Shown here: positions 1 to 5,885 of the stretch, in pieces | How positions within the stretch are numbered: position 1 is the stretch's first letter | How the letters are laid out: each line of letters starts with the position of its first letter | Source of the DNA: an uncultured Erysipelotrichaceae bacterium | Lineage (GTDB): Bacteria > Bacillota_I > Bacilli_A > Erysipelotrichales > Erysipelotrichaceae | Reading direction: 5' to 3' | Length of the DNA: 6,016 nucleotides | NCBI GenBank assembly: GCA_964457525.1 | Contig: CAYWGS010000094.1 | Coordinates: 1 to 6,016, forward strand | The notes under the pieces: model-generated | Database searches by the model: none | What the model was told of the DNA's origin: nothing | The model's input: the letters and a program-made list of their open reading frames with translations, nothing else | Translations under genes and position numbers: made by a program

Positions 1-1383
1 TTCGAAGATTTGTGTCGTGGACATCACGTTGAAACCGTTAAAGAAGTAAAATGCTTTAAGTTATTAAAAGTTTCAGGTGCGTATTGGAAGGGCGATGCCA
101 ATAACAAAATGTTACAACGTGTGTATGGTATCTGTTTTGATACTCAAGAAGCACTTGATCAACACCTTTACATGTTAGAAGAAGCGAAGAAACGTGACCA
201 TAAGAAATTAGGTAAAGAACTCGGTTTATTCATGATGAGTGAATACGGTCCAGGTTTCCCATTCTGGTTGGATAAAGGAATGATTTTACGTAATATCTTA
301 GAAAACTTCTGGTATGAAGAACATACTAAAGAAGGTTACCAATTCATTAAGACCCCAATTATGTTGTCTCAAGAGTTATGGGAAGTATCTGGTCACTGGT
401 TCAACTATAAAGAAAATATGTATATTTCAGATGTGGATGATCGTCAATTTGCGATTAAACCAATGAACTGTCCTGGTGGTATGTTGGTGTATAAGAATGA
501 TTTACATTCCTACAAAGATTTACCATTACGTGTGGGAGAACTTGGTTTAGTACACCGCCATGAAGCATCGGGTGCGCTCAATGGTTTATTCCGTGTACGT
601 ACTTTCACTCAAGATGATGCGCATTTATATATGACTCCGGATCAAGTAGAAGGTGAAATCGTTCGATTAATCGCATTCTTTGATCGTATTTATAAATTAT
701 TTAACTTACACTACACCATTGAACTTTCAACTCGTCCTGAAGAAAAGTATATTGGTACAGTTGAAGTTTGGGATGAATCTGAACGTATCTTAGAAGCTGC
801 TTGTAAGAAATCAGGTCATACTGTAAAGATTAACCCAGGTGATGGAGCATTCTATGGTCCAAAACTTGATTTCCATCTTCAAGATTCTTTAGGAAGAGAA
901 TGGCAATGTGGAACCATCCAATTGGATATGAATCTACCAGAACGTTTCGATTTAACTTACATTGATAGTGATGGATCTAAGAAGCGTCCAATCATGTTAC
1001 ACCGTGTTATCTTTGGTTCCGTTGAACGTTTCATCGGTATCTTAATCGAACACTATGCAGGCGCATTCCCACTTTGGATGTCTCCGGATCAAGTTCGTAT
1101 TCTTCCGGTTAATGCGGAATTCCACCATGACTATGCTCATCAACTCAAGGAAAAACTTGTGGAAGCTGGTTTAAGAGTTGAAGTGGATGAACGAAATGAA
1201 AAATTAGGTTATCGTTTACGTGAAGCTCAAATCAAAAAGGTTCCTGTACAACTTGTGGTAGGAGATGGAGAAGTTGAGAATGGAACAGTAAATGTTCGTC
1301 GATATGGTTCTCAAGCATCTGAATCACTCAGTATTCAAGCTCTTGTCGATGCATTAGTAAAAGAAGTGAAAGAAAAACGTTAA
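1..1383 (+). CDS. thrS: Threonyl-tRNA synthetase (class II), 5'-truncated by the window edge. The catalytic core and C-terminal anticodon-binding domain are present.
   Basis: Frame 1 is open from nt 1 (FEDLCRGHHV...). The 'M' at nt 10 in the ORF track is an internal TTG, not a start. ThrRS hallmarks in the translation: DLCRG.H, SGAYWKGD.NNKMLQRVYG, KPMNCPG (Zn-ligand Cys), class II motif 2 FRVRTFTQDDAH (Zn-ligand His), IMLHR (Zn-ligand His), and motif 3 GSVERFIGILIEHYAGAFPLW..P.QV. An anticodon-binding-domain-like tail follows (RNEKLGYRLREAQIKKVPVQLVVGDGEVENGTV.VR). From memory it is colinear with the C-terminal two-thirds of E. coli ThrRS. Stop TAA at 1381-1383. Confidence 0.96.
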   Translation, partial: FEDLCRGHHVETVKEVKCFKLLKVSGAYWKGDANNKMLQRVYGICFDTQEALDQHLYMLEEAKKRDHKKLGKELGLFMMSEYGPGFPFWLDKGMILRNILENFWYEEHTKEGYQFIKTPIMLSQELWEVSGHWFNYKENMYISDVDDRQFAIKPMNCPGGMLVYKNDLHSYKDLPLRVGELGLVHRHEASGALNGLFRVRTFTQDDAHLYMTPDQVEGEIVRLIAFFDRIYKLFNLHYTIELSTRPEEKYIGTVEVWDESERILEAACKKSGHTVKINPGDGAFYGPKLDFHLQDSLGREWQCGTIQLDMNLPERFDLTYIDSDGSKKRPIMLHRVIFGSVERFIGILIEHYAGAFPLWMSPDQVRILPVNAEFHHDYAHQLKEKLVEAGLRVEVDERNEKLGYRLREAQIKKVPVQLVVGDGEVENGTVNVRRYGSQASESLSIQALVDALVKEVKEKR

Positions 1384-2291
1384 TGAAAAAGATTATATTT
1401 CTAATATTAATAAGTTTATTGGTGGGTTGTAGTGCACAACCTGTAGAGTGGGAGAATCTTAGTATTCTCTCACCTAAAGGCGCTCCTGCTTTATCCTTGG
1501 TTCCTTTAATTCAAGAGAATAAGGATTCGATTGAGTTTGTGGATGGGGTTGATATTTTAAGTGCAGAACTCATCAAAGGGGATAAGGATATGATTATTGC
1601 TCCGGTTAACTTAGGAGCTGCTTTAAGCAAGAAAGACAGTAATCCATATCGATTATATGCAATTGTGACTTGGGGTAATCTATACCTTGTGTCCAATGAC
1701 ACTGTTTTATCTGAGAACGAACCGATTGCACTATTTGGTGAACAAGCTGTTCCTGGTTTAGTATTTAATGCGATTAAGGATAAACTCGAACTTAACTTTG
1801 TGTCTACAGCATTTAACGCTGTAACAGATGTTCAAGGACAATTATTATCAAAATCCTTTAATATCGGGCTACTAGCCGAACCACTCGTTACTGCAACGAT
1901 TGCGAAAGCTAAAACACTTGAAAGTCCAATAAACCTAAGTGTTTATAAAGATCTTCAAGTTTTATGGCAAGAAAAGACGGGTTTTGAGAACTATCCACAA
2001 GCTGCGATTTATATCAAAGCAGATATCAGTGAAGACAAATTAAAACAAGTTGAAGCTCGTCTAGAATTGATGATGGCGTATAACATTGAAGTGAATGATA
2101 AACCAAGTATCCTAGAAACTGATATTACAGAAGATCTATCACAAACATTAAGAGTTCCAGTCGCTAAGGTATTAGTACAAGCGTGGGAACGTATGAATGT
2201 GAATGTGGTAAAAGCGGATGAAAACAAGGAAGCAATTGAAGCTTTCTTAGAATTGTTTAAGTTAAACGGATTAGAAAATTTATACTACTAG
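1383..2291 (+). CDS. Lipoprotein, probably an extracytoplasmic solute-binding protein with a type-II periplasmic-binding-protein fold (NMT1/SsuA-like ABC SBP). Ligand unknown.
   Basis: N-terminus MKKIIFLILISLLVG|C is a classic signal peptidase II signal peptide with lipobox L-V-G-C. At 302 aa the size fits an SBP. The pattern ...PKGAPALSLVPL...D.LSAELIKGDKDMIIAPVNLGAAL.....YRLYAIVTWGNLYLVS...VPG...LLAEP resembles NitT/TauT-type binding proteins; this is motif-level recognition only. The ATG at 1383-1385 shares its A with the thrS TAA stop. Confidence 0.7.
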   Translation: MKKIIFLILISLLVGCSAQPVEWENLSILSPKGAPALSLVPLIQENKDSIEFVDGVDILSAELIKGDKDMIIAPVNLGAALSKKDSNPYRLYAIVTWGNLYLVSNDTVLSENEPIALFGEQAVPGLVFNAIKDKLELNFVSTAFNAVTDVQGQLLSKSFNIGLLAEPLVTATIAKAKTLESPINLSVYKDLQVLWQEKTGFENYPQAAIYIKADISEDKLKQVEARLELMMAYNIEVNDKPSILETDITEDLSQTLRVPVAKVLVQAWERMNVNVVKADENKEAIEAFLELFKLNGLENLYY

Positions 2292-2313
2292 GCTCATTCG
2301 AGCCTTTTCTTTT
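2290..2313 (+). terminator. Probable rho-independent terminator ending the thrS-lipoprotein transcript
   Basis: GGCTC (2291-2295), loop ATTC, GAGCC (2300-2304), extendable by A2290:T2305, then TTTTCTTTT (2305-2313). The stem is short (5-6 bp), so strength is uncertain. It starts on the G of the TAG stop. Confidence 0.5.
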
Positions 2314-2327
2314 GTACTTGTTTATTC

Positions 2328-2333
2328 TATAAT
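2328..2333 (+). promoter_or_regulatory. Candidate sigma-A -10 box (TATAAT) for bioY
   Basis: Perfect TATAAT lies 22 nt upstream of the bioY ATG, with SD AAGGAG at 2345-2350. No good -35 at 16-18 bp spacing (TTTTCT only); TTGTAC at 2312-2317 is too close. Confidence 0.4.
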
Positions 2334-2355
2334 CTCACTATTATAAGGAGAACCT

Positions 2356-2895
2356 ATGCGACCACTTAAGAAGATGATTGTAATCTCACTCTTAGCAGCG
2401 ATTTTATCGATATCAGCGTATCTTTCCATTCCATTATCCGTTTCGAATGTGTCATTTACCCTTCAGAGTTTAATGGTAATGATCATTGCGTTAAGTATGC
2501 CAATTTCTATTTCATTCTATGCAGTAGGTTTATATCTGCTCTTAGGATTAATTGGTTTACCTGTATTTTCAAATGGAACAGCAGGTTTACCTGTATTATT
2601 GGGTCCAACGGGTGGTTATTTATTTGGTTTTCTTATCGCAACACCTGTTATTGGTTTTATAAAAGAAAAATTGGACTATTTATTTGGATACTTATTTGCG
2701 AGCTTTTTAGGTGGAATTATCATTGTATATACGTGTGGGATTCTTGGACTCATGTTTGTATTAGACATTAGTTTCAAACAAGCATTAGTGATAGGGGTTT
2801 ATCCATTTCTAGCATTTGATCTAATCAAAGTATTTATCGCAAGTGTATTTGTGTATAATTCAAGATCTATCTTCAAACGCATCCTAAATAAATAA
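2356..2895 (+). CDS. bioY: Biotin transporter BioY (substrate-specific S component of an ECF transporter)
   Basis: 179-aa polytopic membrane protein. It carries the BioY signature block FTLQSL.V....L......Y....YLLLGLIGLPVFSNGTAGL.VLLGPTGGYLFGFLIATPVIGF. SD AAGGAG sits 5 nt upstream of the ATG. Stop TAA at 2893-2895. Confidence 0.9.
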   Translation: MRPLKKMIVISLLAAILSISAYLSIPLSVSNVSFTLQSLMVMIIALSMPISISFYAVGLYLLLGLIGLPVFSNGTAGLPVLLGPTGGYLFGFLIATPVIGFIKEKLDYLFGYLFASFLGGIIIVYTCGILGLMFVLDISFKQALVIGVYPFLAFDLIKVFIASVFVYNSRSIFKRILNK

Positions 2896-2915
2896 GAGCC
2901 ACTATTGGCTCTTTT
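2894..2915. terminator. Bidirectional intrinsic terminator shared by convergent bioY and the GNAT gene
   Basis: AAGAGCCA (2894-2901), loop CTAT, TGGCTCTT (2906-2913): a perfect 8-bp stem. It runs into TT on the + strand, and is followed by ATTTATTTA when read on the - strand. The left arm overlaps the bioY stop, and the GNAT stop lies 5 nt to the right. Confidence 0.6.
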
Positions 2916-2917
2916 GA

Positions 2918-3412
2918 TTACTTGATTGATCTTTGCATCCAAATAATATCTCTCCATTCATTGAATTTATATCCAACTTTATGGAAATGTCCTACTTGTT
3001 CAAATCCAAACTTAGTATGGAACTCAATACTCTTTGGATTAGGGTAGGTAATACAAGCGAGCATATTTACGATATTCATTTCTTTGAGTGCATGTTCTAA
3101 ATGTGTATAAAGTGCTTTTCCAACACCGATACCATGATAAGTTTCTTTAACATATACAGTTGTTTCTACAGACCAATGATATGCGGCTCTTTCTTTGTAA
3201 CTTGTCGCATAGGCATAACCTAATATTTCATGATCCTTCAGAGCCACAAGATAGGGATATCTCTGAGATATTTTAAGGATTCGTTGTTTAAACTCTTCCA
3301 AACTCGGAACGTCATATTCAAAACTAACGCTTGTATTAAGTACATAGTGAGAATATATCTGTAAGAGTATATTTGCATCTTCTAATTCAACTTGTCTAAT
3401 TGTTATTGTCAT
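2918..3412 (-). CDS. GNAT-family N-acetyltransferase of the phosphinothricin / methionine-sulfoximine acetyltransferase (PAT, YwnH/MddA-like) type
   Basis: From MTITIRQVELEDANILLQIY the translation follows the PAT pattern. This includes a SVSFEYDVPSLEEF block, PYLVA...ILGYAYA..Y..R.AY..SVE.TVYV, the acetyl-CoA loop HGIGVGKALY, N..SI.FH.KFGF...G....VGYKF..W.D...MQ. I place the start at ATG 3412-3410 (164 aa), preceded by AAGGT 8 nt upstream, rather than the track's 3508. The 32 extra residues are not GNAT-like and would overlap the divergent gene's start and SD. Confidence 0.87.
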   Translation of the reverse strand: MTITIRQVELEDANILLQIYSHYVLNTSVSFEYDVPSLEEFKQRILKISQRYPYLVALKDHEILGYAYATSYKERAAYHWSVETTVYVKETYHGIGVGKALYTHLEHALKEMNIVNMLACITYPNPKSIEFHTKFGFEQVGHFHKVGYKFNEWRDIIWMQRSIK

Positions 3413-3431
3413 CGTATTTACCTTGATTTTT

Positions 3432-3437
3432 ATTATA
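3432..3437 (-). promoter_or_regulatory. Candidate -10 box (TATAAT on the minus strand) for the GNAT gene
   Basis: Plus-strand ATTATA at 3432-3437 reads as a perfect TATAAT on the - strand. It lies 19 nt upstream of the chosen ATG, implying a very short leader starting about at the AAGGT SD. No convincing -35. Confidence 0.4.
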
Positions 3438-3469
3438 CGACAATCATTCGATATTTTATTACAAAGGTG

Positions 3470-3475
3470 TACAAT
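3470..3475 (+). promoter_or_regulatory. Candidate -10 box (TACAAT) for the Cys-motif protein / HAD operon
   Basis: TACAAT lies 22 nt upstream of ATG 3498, followed by a strong SD AAGGAGG (3484-3490). The -35 at 17-bp spacing is poor (TTCGAT). Confidence 0.35.
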
Positions 3476-3497
3476 GTGGGTATAAGGAGGATTCTTT

Positions 3498-4013
3498 ATG
3501 ACAAACATTCATAGAATTATCCCAACTTATACTGAAGCAGATAATGTGACAGGTTGTTGCCCAGTATTCCATCCAGAAGAATATGATAATCAAGTATTTG
3601 ATTTAAGTGACTATCAGTTTATTAAGGATTCAACGCTAAGTTTTATGTATATGCCAGTGAATATGGATAAAGTATTTACACATGCAATGAATGCGATTAA
3701 TGAAGATAAACAAGCATATACCGATCGATATCTCATCTTATCCAAAGATATAAATGCATTTAAGAGTGATCATTTCTTCCTAACTAAAGGAGATGTTCGC
3801 GGTTATGAAACACATAAACTAGAAGGGAAGTATAGAACGAAAGTATATGATGGTGAGTTTAAGGACATTCCTAATTGGATTAAATTATTTGAAAAAGATT
3901 TAAAAGAAAATAATGAAGCTTTTTCTGATTTGTATGTCTTTTATACCACTTGTCCGAACTGTGCAAAGGTTTATGGCCACAATTATGTTGTTTTATTTGG
4001 TAGAATAGAATAA
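3498..4013 (+). CDS. Conserved-looking hypothetical protein with an N-terminal vicinal Cys pair and a C-terminal CxxC. Possibly a GyrI-like / effector-binding-fold small-molecule-binding protein; function unknown.
   Basis: Strong SD AAGGAGG sits 7 nt upstream of the ATG. 171 aa with no signal peptide or TM segment. Its only four cysteines are C20-C21 (GCCPVF, nt 3555-3560) and C152/C155 (YTTCPNCAKVYGHNYVV, nt 3951-3962). The C-terminal half (G.Y...VYDGEFKDIPNWIKLFEKDL......SDLYVFY) resembles the G.Y..H.G.Y......W..L..W......E.Y pattern of GyrI-like domains. That is inference only. Confidence 0.8.
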   Translation: MTNIHRIIPTYTEADNVTGCCPVFHPEEYDNQVFDLSDYQFIKDSTLSFMYMPVNMDKVFTHAMNAINEDKQAYTDRYLILSKDINAFKSDHFFLTKGDVRGYETHKLEGKYRTKVYDGEFKDIPNWIKLFEKDLKENNEAFSDLYVFYTTCPNCAKVYGHNYVVLFGRIE

Positions 4014-4640
4014 ATGAGAAAATATAAAGCAATTATCTATGATGTGGATGGAACACTTCTTGACACATTAAAAATGAATATGATTCCATTACTTAAAATT
4101 CTCCATGAGGAAGGTTTTACTGATTTTACCTATGAGTCTGTTTTAAAGTATGCGTCGTATCCCGGAAGAAAAGTACTCGATGAACTTGGAATTAAGAATA
4201 GTGAAGAAGTTTATTCAAGATGGGTCAAGTATGTTAATGCGTATGAAGAAGGGGCAAGTATCTATCCTGGCATTATTGATTGTTTAAAACGAGTTGAAGA
4301 ATTAGGTTTTATACAGGCAGTTGTAAGTGCTAAAACAACAAATCAATATCGTATTGATGTTGTATCAAAAGGTTTAGATTCTTTTATGCAATGTCGAGTA
4401 CTTGCGGATGATACAGAGAAACATAAACCGGATCCAGAACCACTTCTGAAGTGTTGTGAGATGTTACATTGTGATGTGAGTGAAGTGTGTTATGTTGGAG
4501 ATACTTATTCTGATTATTGTGCTTCACTTGCTGCTAAGATCGATTTCTTCTATGCGAAGTGGAATGGATTTCATGATGAAAGAATTATCGATGTGGTTGA
4601 GTTAAATCATCCACTTGAATTAATCGAATCAATCCTATAA
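4014..4640 (+). CDS. HAD-superfamily hydrolase, subfamily IA (phosphoglycolate-phosphatase / PpaX-like phosphatase). Substrate unknown.
   Basis: All four HAD motifs are present: I IYDVDGTLLDT (nucleophile DxD), II VVSAKT, III KHKPDPEPLL (Lys), IV YVGDTYSD. A helical cap region between motifs I and II is typical of subfamily IA. The ATG directly abuts the upstream TAA (TAAATG, 0-nt gap) with no obvious SD, suggesting coupled translation. Confidence 0.88.
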   Translation: MRKYKAIIYDVDGTLLDTLKMNMIPLLKILHEEGFTDFTYESVLKYASYPGRKVLDELGIKNSEEVYSRWVKYVNAYEEGASIYPGIIDCLKRVEELGFIQAVVSAKTTNQYRIDVVSKGLDSFMQCRVLADDTEKHKPDPEPLLKCCEMLHCDVSEVCYVGDTYSDYCASLAAKIDFFYAKWNGFHDERIIDVVELNHPLELIESIL

Positions 4641-4663
4641 AAAATCCCAGTATTTGGGATTTT
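4641..4663. terminator. Bidirectional intrinsic terminator between convergent HAD and pirin genes
   Basis: AAAATCCCA (4641-4649), loop GTATT, TGGGATTTT (4655-4663). The TCCCA/TGGGA core is flanked by A4 and T4, so it provides a U-tract in both directions. It starts right after the HAD stop (4638-4640) and overlaps the pirin stop (4662-4664). Confidence 0.6.
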
Positions 4664-5498
4664 ATTTATGTTTGATGAATGTTCCTTCTCTGAGTTCTTT
4701 GAAGGCAAATGCCAGTTCTTCTTTTGTATTCATTACAATTGGGCCACCAAAGGCAACAGGTTCGTTAAGCGGAAGACCTTCAAACCACATAAAACGAGAA
4801 TCTTCGAGTGCTCGAAGTTCAACTTTATTGCCTTCATGTAGTATGACAGCTGATTTCTTCGGCAAGTGATTTCGATCTTCTACGTTTATTAGTTCACTAT
4901 CAAAGGTATAGATGAATAAGGTGTGTTTTGGGTCAATATCAAGTGAGAATGTTGTATCTTTTTTAACACTGATATCTAGGATACGTGCTTGTACATATTT
5001 AGGTTGAATCTTTGGTGCAGTTTGATCGACTTTACCTGATATAACACGAATGGTATATCCATCTTTTACAATTGGTTCTACATGGTCTTCTAAGATATCC
5101 CAATAGGCTGGTTCACACATTTTATCTTTTTGTGGTAAATTAATCCAGAGTTGTAGACCTAACATCTTTGGACTTGGTTTTGGCATTTCTTGATGAATGA
5201 TACCAGAACCTGCTGTCATCCATTGGGCTTGTCCGTCTGTAATTGTACCTTTGTTTCCAAGACTATCTTGATGTTCAATCATGCCATGAATTAAGTACGT
5301 AAATGTTTCAATACCACGATGTGGATGGAAAGGGAAACCCGCAATATAATCATTTGGATTCTTAGAATCAAATGCATCTAACATAAGAAATGGGTCTACA
5401 TCATAAACATCTTGTGATCCAATAACACGAGTTAACTTAACACCAGCACCATCGGAAGTCTGAAATCCTTGAATAATCTTTTTAACATGTCGTTTCAT
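4662..5498 (-). CDS. Pirin-family bicupin protein (YhhW / quercetin 2,3-dioxygenase-like)
   Basis: The translation has the pirin N-terminal cupin signature DGAGVKLTRVIG......DPFLMLD.F.S......GFPFHPHRGIETFTYLIHG.IEHQDSLGN.G.I..G.AQWMTAGSGIIHQEMP. This includes the HxH...H.E metal ligands. A second, degenerate cupin domain follows. SD GGAG lies 8 nt upstream, inside the end of the preceding gene. Confidence 0.92.
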   Translation of the reverse strand: MKRHVKKIIQGFQTSDGAGVKLTRVIGSQDVYDVDPFLMLDAFDSKNPNDYIAGFPFHPHRGIETFTYLIHGMIEHQDSLGNKGTITDGQAQWMTAGSGIIHQEMPKPSPKMLGLQLWINLPQKDKMCEPAYWDILEDHVEPIVKDGYTIRVISGKVDQTAPKIQPKYVQARILDISVKKDTTFSLDIDPKHTLFIYTFDSELINVEDRNHLPKKSAVILHEGNKVELRALEDSRFMWFEGLPLNEPVAFGGPIVMNTKEELAFAFKELREGTFIKHK

Positions 5499-5833
5499 TT
5501 TGTTTTCTCCATTCGATCAATGATTTTTAAATTGTAAAGTTCTTCTAGCGTAATTAATCCTGCTTCATAGAAGGTTTTTACCTTAATCACTTCTTCATTT
5601 GAAACAAAGAAAATTTGATTACTTTTTAAGCAATTAAAATAGTAATCATAGGTATTATCTTCACCAATAAATTCAATCGCTTCTGCACACATCAAGCCTT
5701 TTTGTTCGATAAGATCATAAATCTCATATTCTTGATACTTTGCTTTTGGTTGTAATCCATCAAAACGACTTAAGAACGCATCTTGTGAACATGCAGATAA
5801 AAAAATGAGAAGTAGAATTAGGTTCTTTTTCAT
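5495..5833 (-). CDS. Small lipoprotein of unknown function
   Basis: MKKNLILLLIFLSA|C is a signal peptidase II signal with lipobox L-S-A-C. The mature part is ~95 aa with two further Cys (C49, C68). AAAGGT lies upstream of the ATG. The stop TGA (5497-5495) overlaps the pirin ATG (5498-5496) as ATGA. Confidence 0.78.
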   Translation of the reverse strand: MKKNLILLLIFLSACSQDAFLSRFDGLQPKAKYQEYEIYDLIEQKGLMCAEAIEFIGEDNTYDYYFNCLKSNQIFFVSNEEVIKVKTFYEAGLITLEELYNLKIIDRMEKTK

Positions 5834-5850
5834 TGCGTTACCTTTTTCAT

Positions 5851-5859
5851 ATTATAGCA
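5851..5859 (-). promoter_or_regulatory. Extended -10 promoter (TGCTATAAT on the minus strand) for the lipoprotein-pirin operon
   Basis: Plus-strand ATTATAGCA at 5851-5859 reads TGcTATAAT on the - strand, an exact TGnTATAAT. It lies 17 nt upstream of ATG 5833-5831, with AAAGGT in between. No -35 is needed for extended -10 promoters. Confidence 0.55.
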
Positions 5860-5870
5860 CTTTATAGAAA

Positions 5871-5879
5871 TGATATAAT
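5871..5879 (+). promoter_or_regulatory. Extended -10 promoter (TGATATAAT) for the rightward permease gene
   Basis: An exact TGnTATAAT at 5871-5879. Only 6 nt (GAGCCC) separate it from ATG 5886, so the predicted transcription start falls on or next to the A of the start codon. Confidence 0.5.
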
Positions 5880-5885
5880 GAGCCC

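Noticed and set aside
10-27. A thrS 'start' at nt 10, and the CRGHH variant of the ThrRS DLCRGPH motif.
   Set aside because: The frame is open to nt 1, so the gene is simply truncated by the window. The residue after CRG varies between ThrRS sequences, and all three Zn ligands and the class II motifs are intact, so nothing suggests a non-functional or paralogous enzyme.
1511-1702. 63-aa ORF antisense to the SBP lipoprotein gene.
   Set aside because: It lies entirely inside a well-supported gene on the opposite strand. It has no SD or promoter and a low-complexity Ser/Leu-rich translation, which makes it a typical shadow ORF.
2009-2227. 72-aa ORF antisense to the SBP lipoprotein gene.
   Set aside because: Same reasoning: a shadow ORF with no translation signals and no recognisable motif.
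2291-2912. Shared GAGCC/GGCTC arms in the two hairpins flanking bioY (2291-2304 and 2895-2912) as possible cassette-bounding repeats.
   Set aside because: Only 5 nt are shared, and in opposite arrangement. Both hairpins are adequately explained as independent terminators, and there are no target-site duplications or recombinase genes.
2918-3412. The GNAT as the toxin of a GNAT/RHH-type toxin-antitoxin pair (TacT/AtaT-like).
   Set aside because: There is no small antitoxin ORF upstream or overlapping. The sequence follows the PAT/YwnH metabolic acetyltransferase pattern along its full length rather than that of tRNA-acetylating toxins.
3413-3508. The track's longer 196-aa version of the GNAT ORF, starting at 3508 (MFVIKNPPYTHIVHLCNK...).
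   Set aside because: The extra 32 residues are not GNAT-like. They would run through the whole divergent promoter region and overlap the SD and start of the 3498 gene. An internal ATG at 3412 with an AAGGT SD gives a canonical 164-aa PAT-size protein.
4440-4520. High cysteine content of the HAD protein, including a vicinal CC (KCCEML), echoing the CC in the upstream protein.
   Set aside because: These Cys fall in helices of the Rossmann core between motifs III and IV, where small hydrophobic residues are normal. There is no CxxC or metal-site geometry, so this is probably compositional. It is mentioned only as context for the operon finding.
4654-4869. 71-aa ORF antisense to the 3' end of the pirin gene.
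   Set aside because: It starts inside the terminator hairpin, has a Ser-rich low-complexity translation, and is fully overlapped by the strongly supported pirin CDS.
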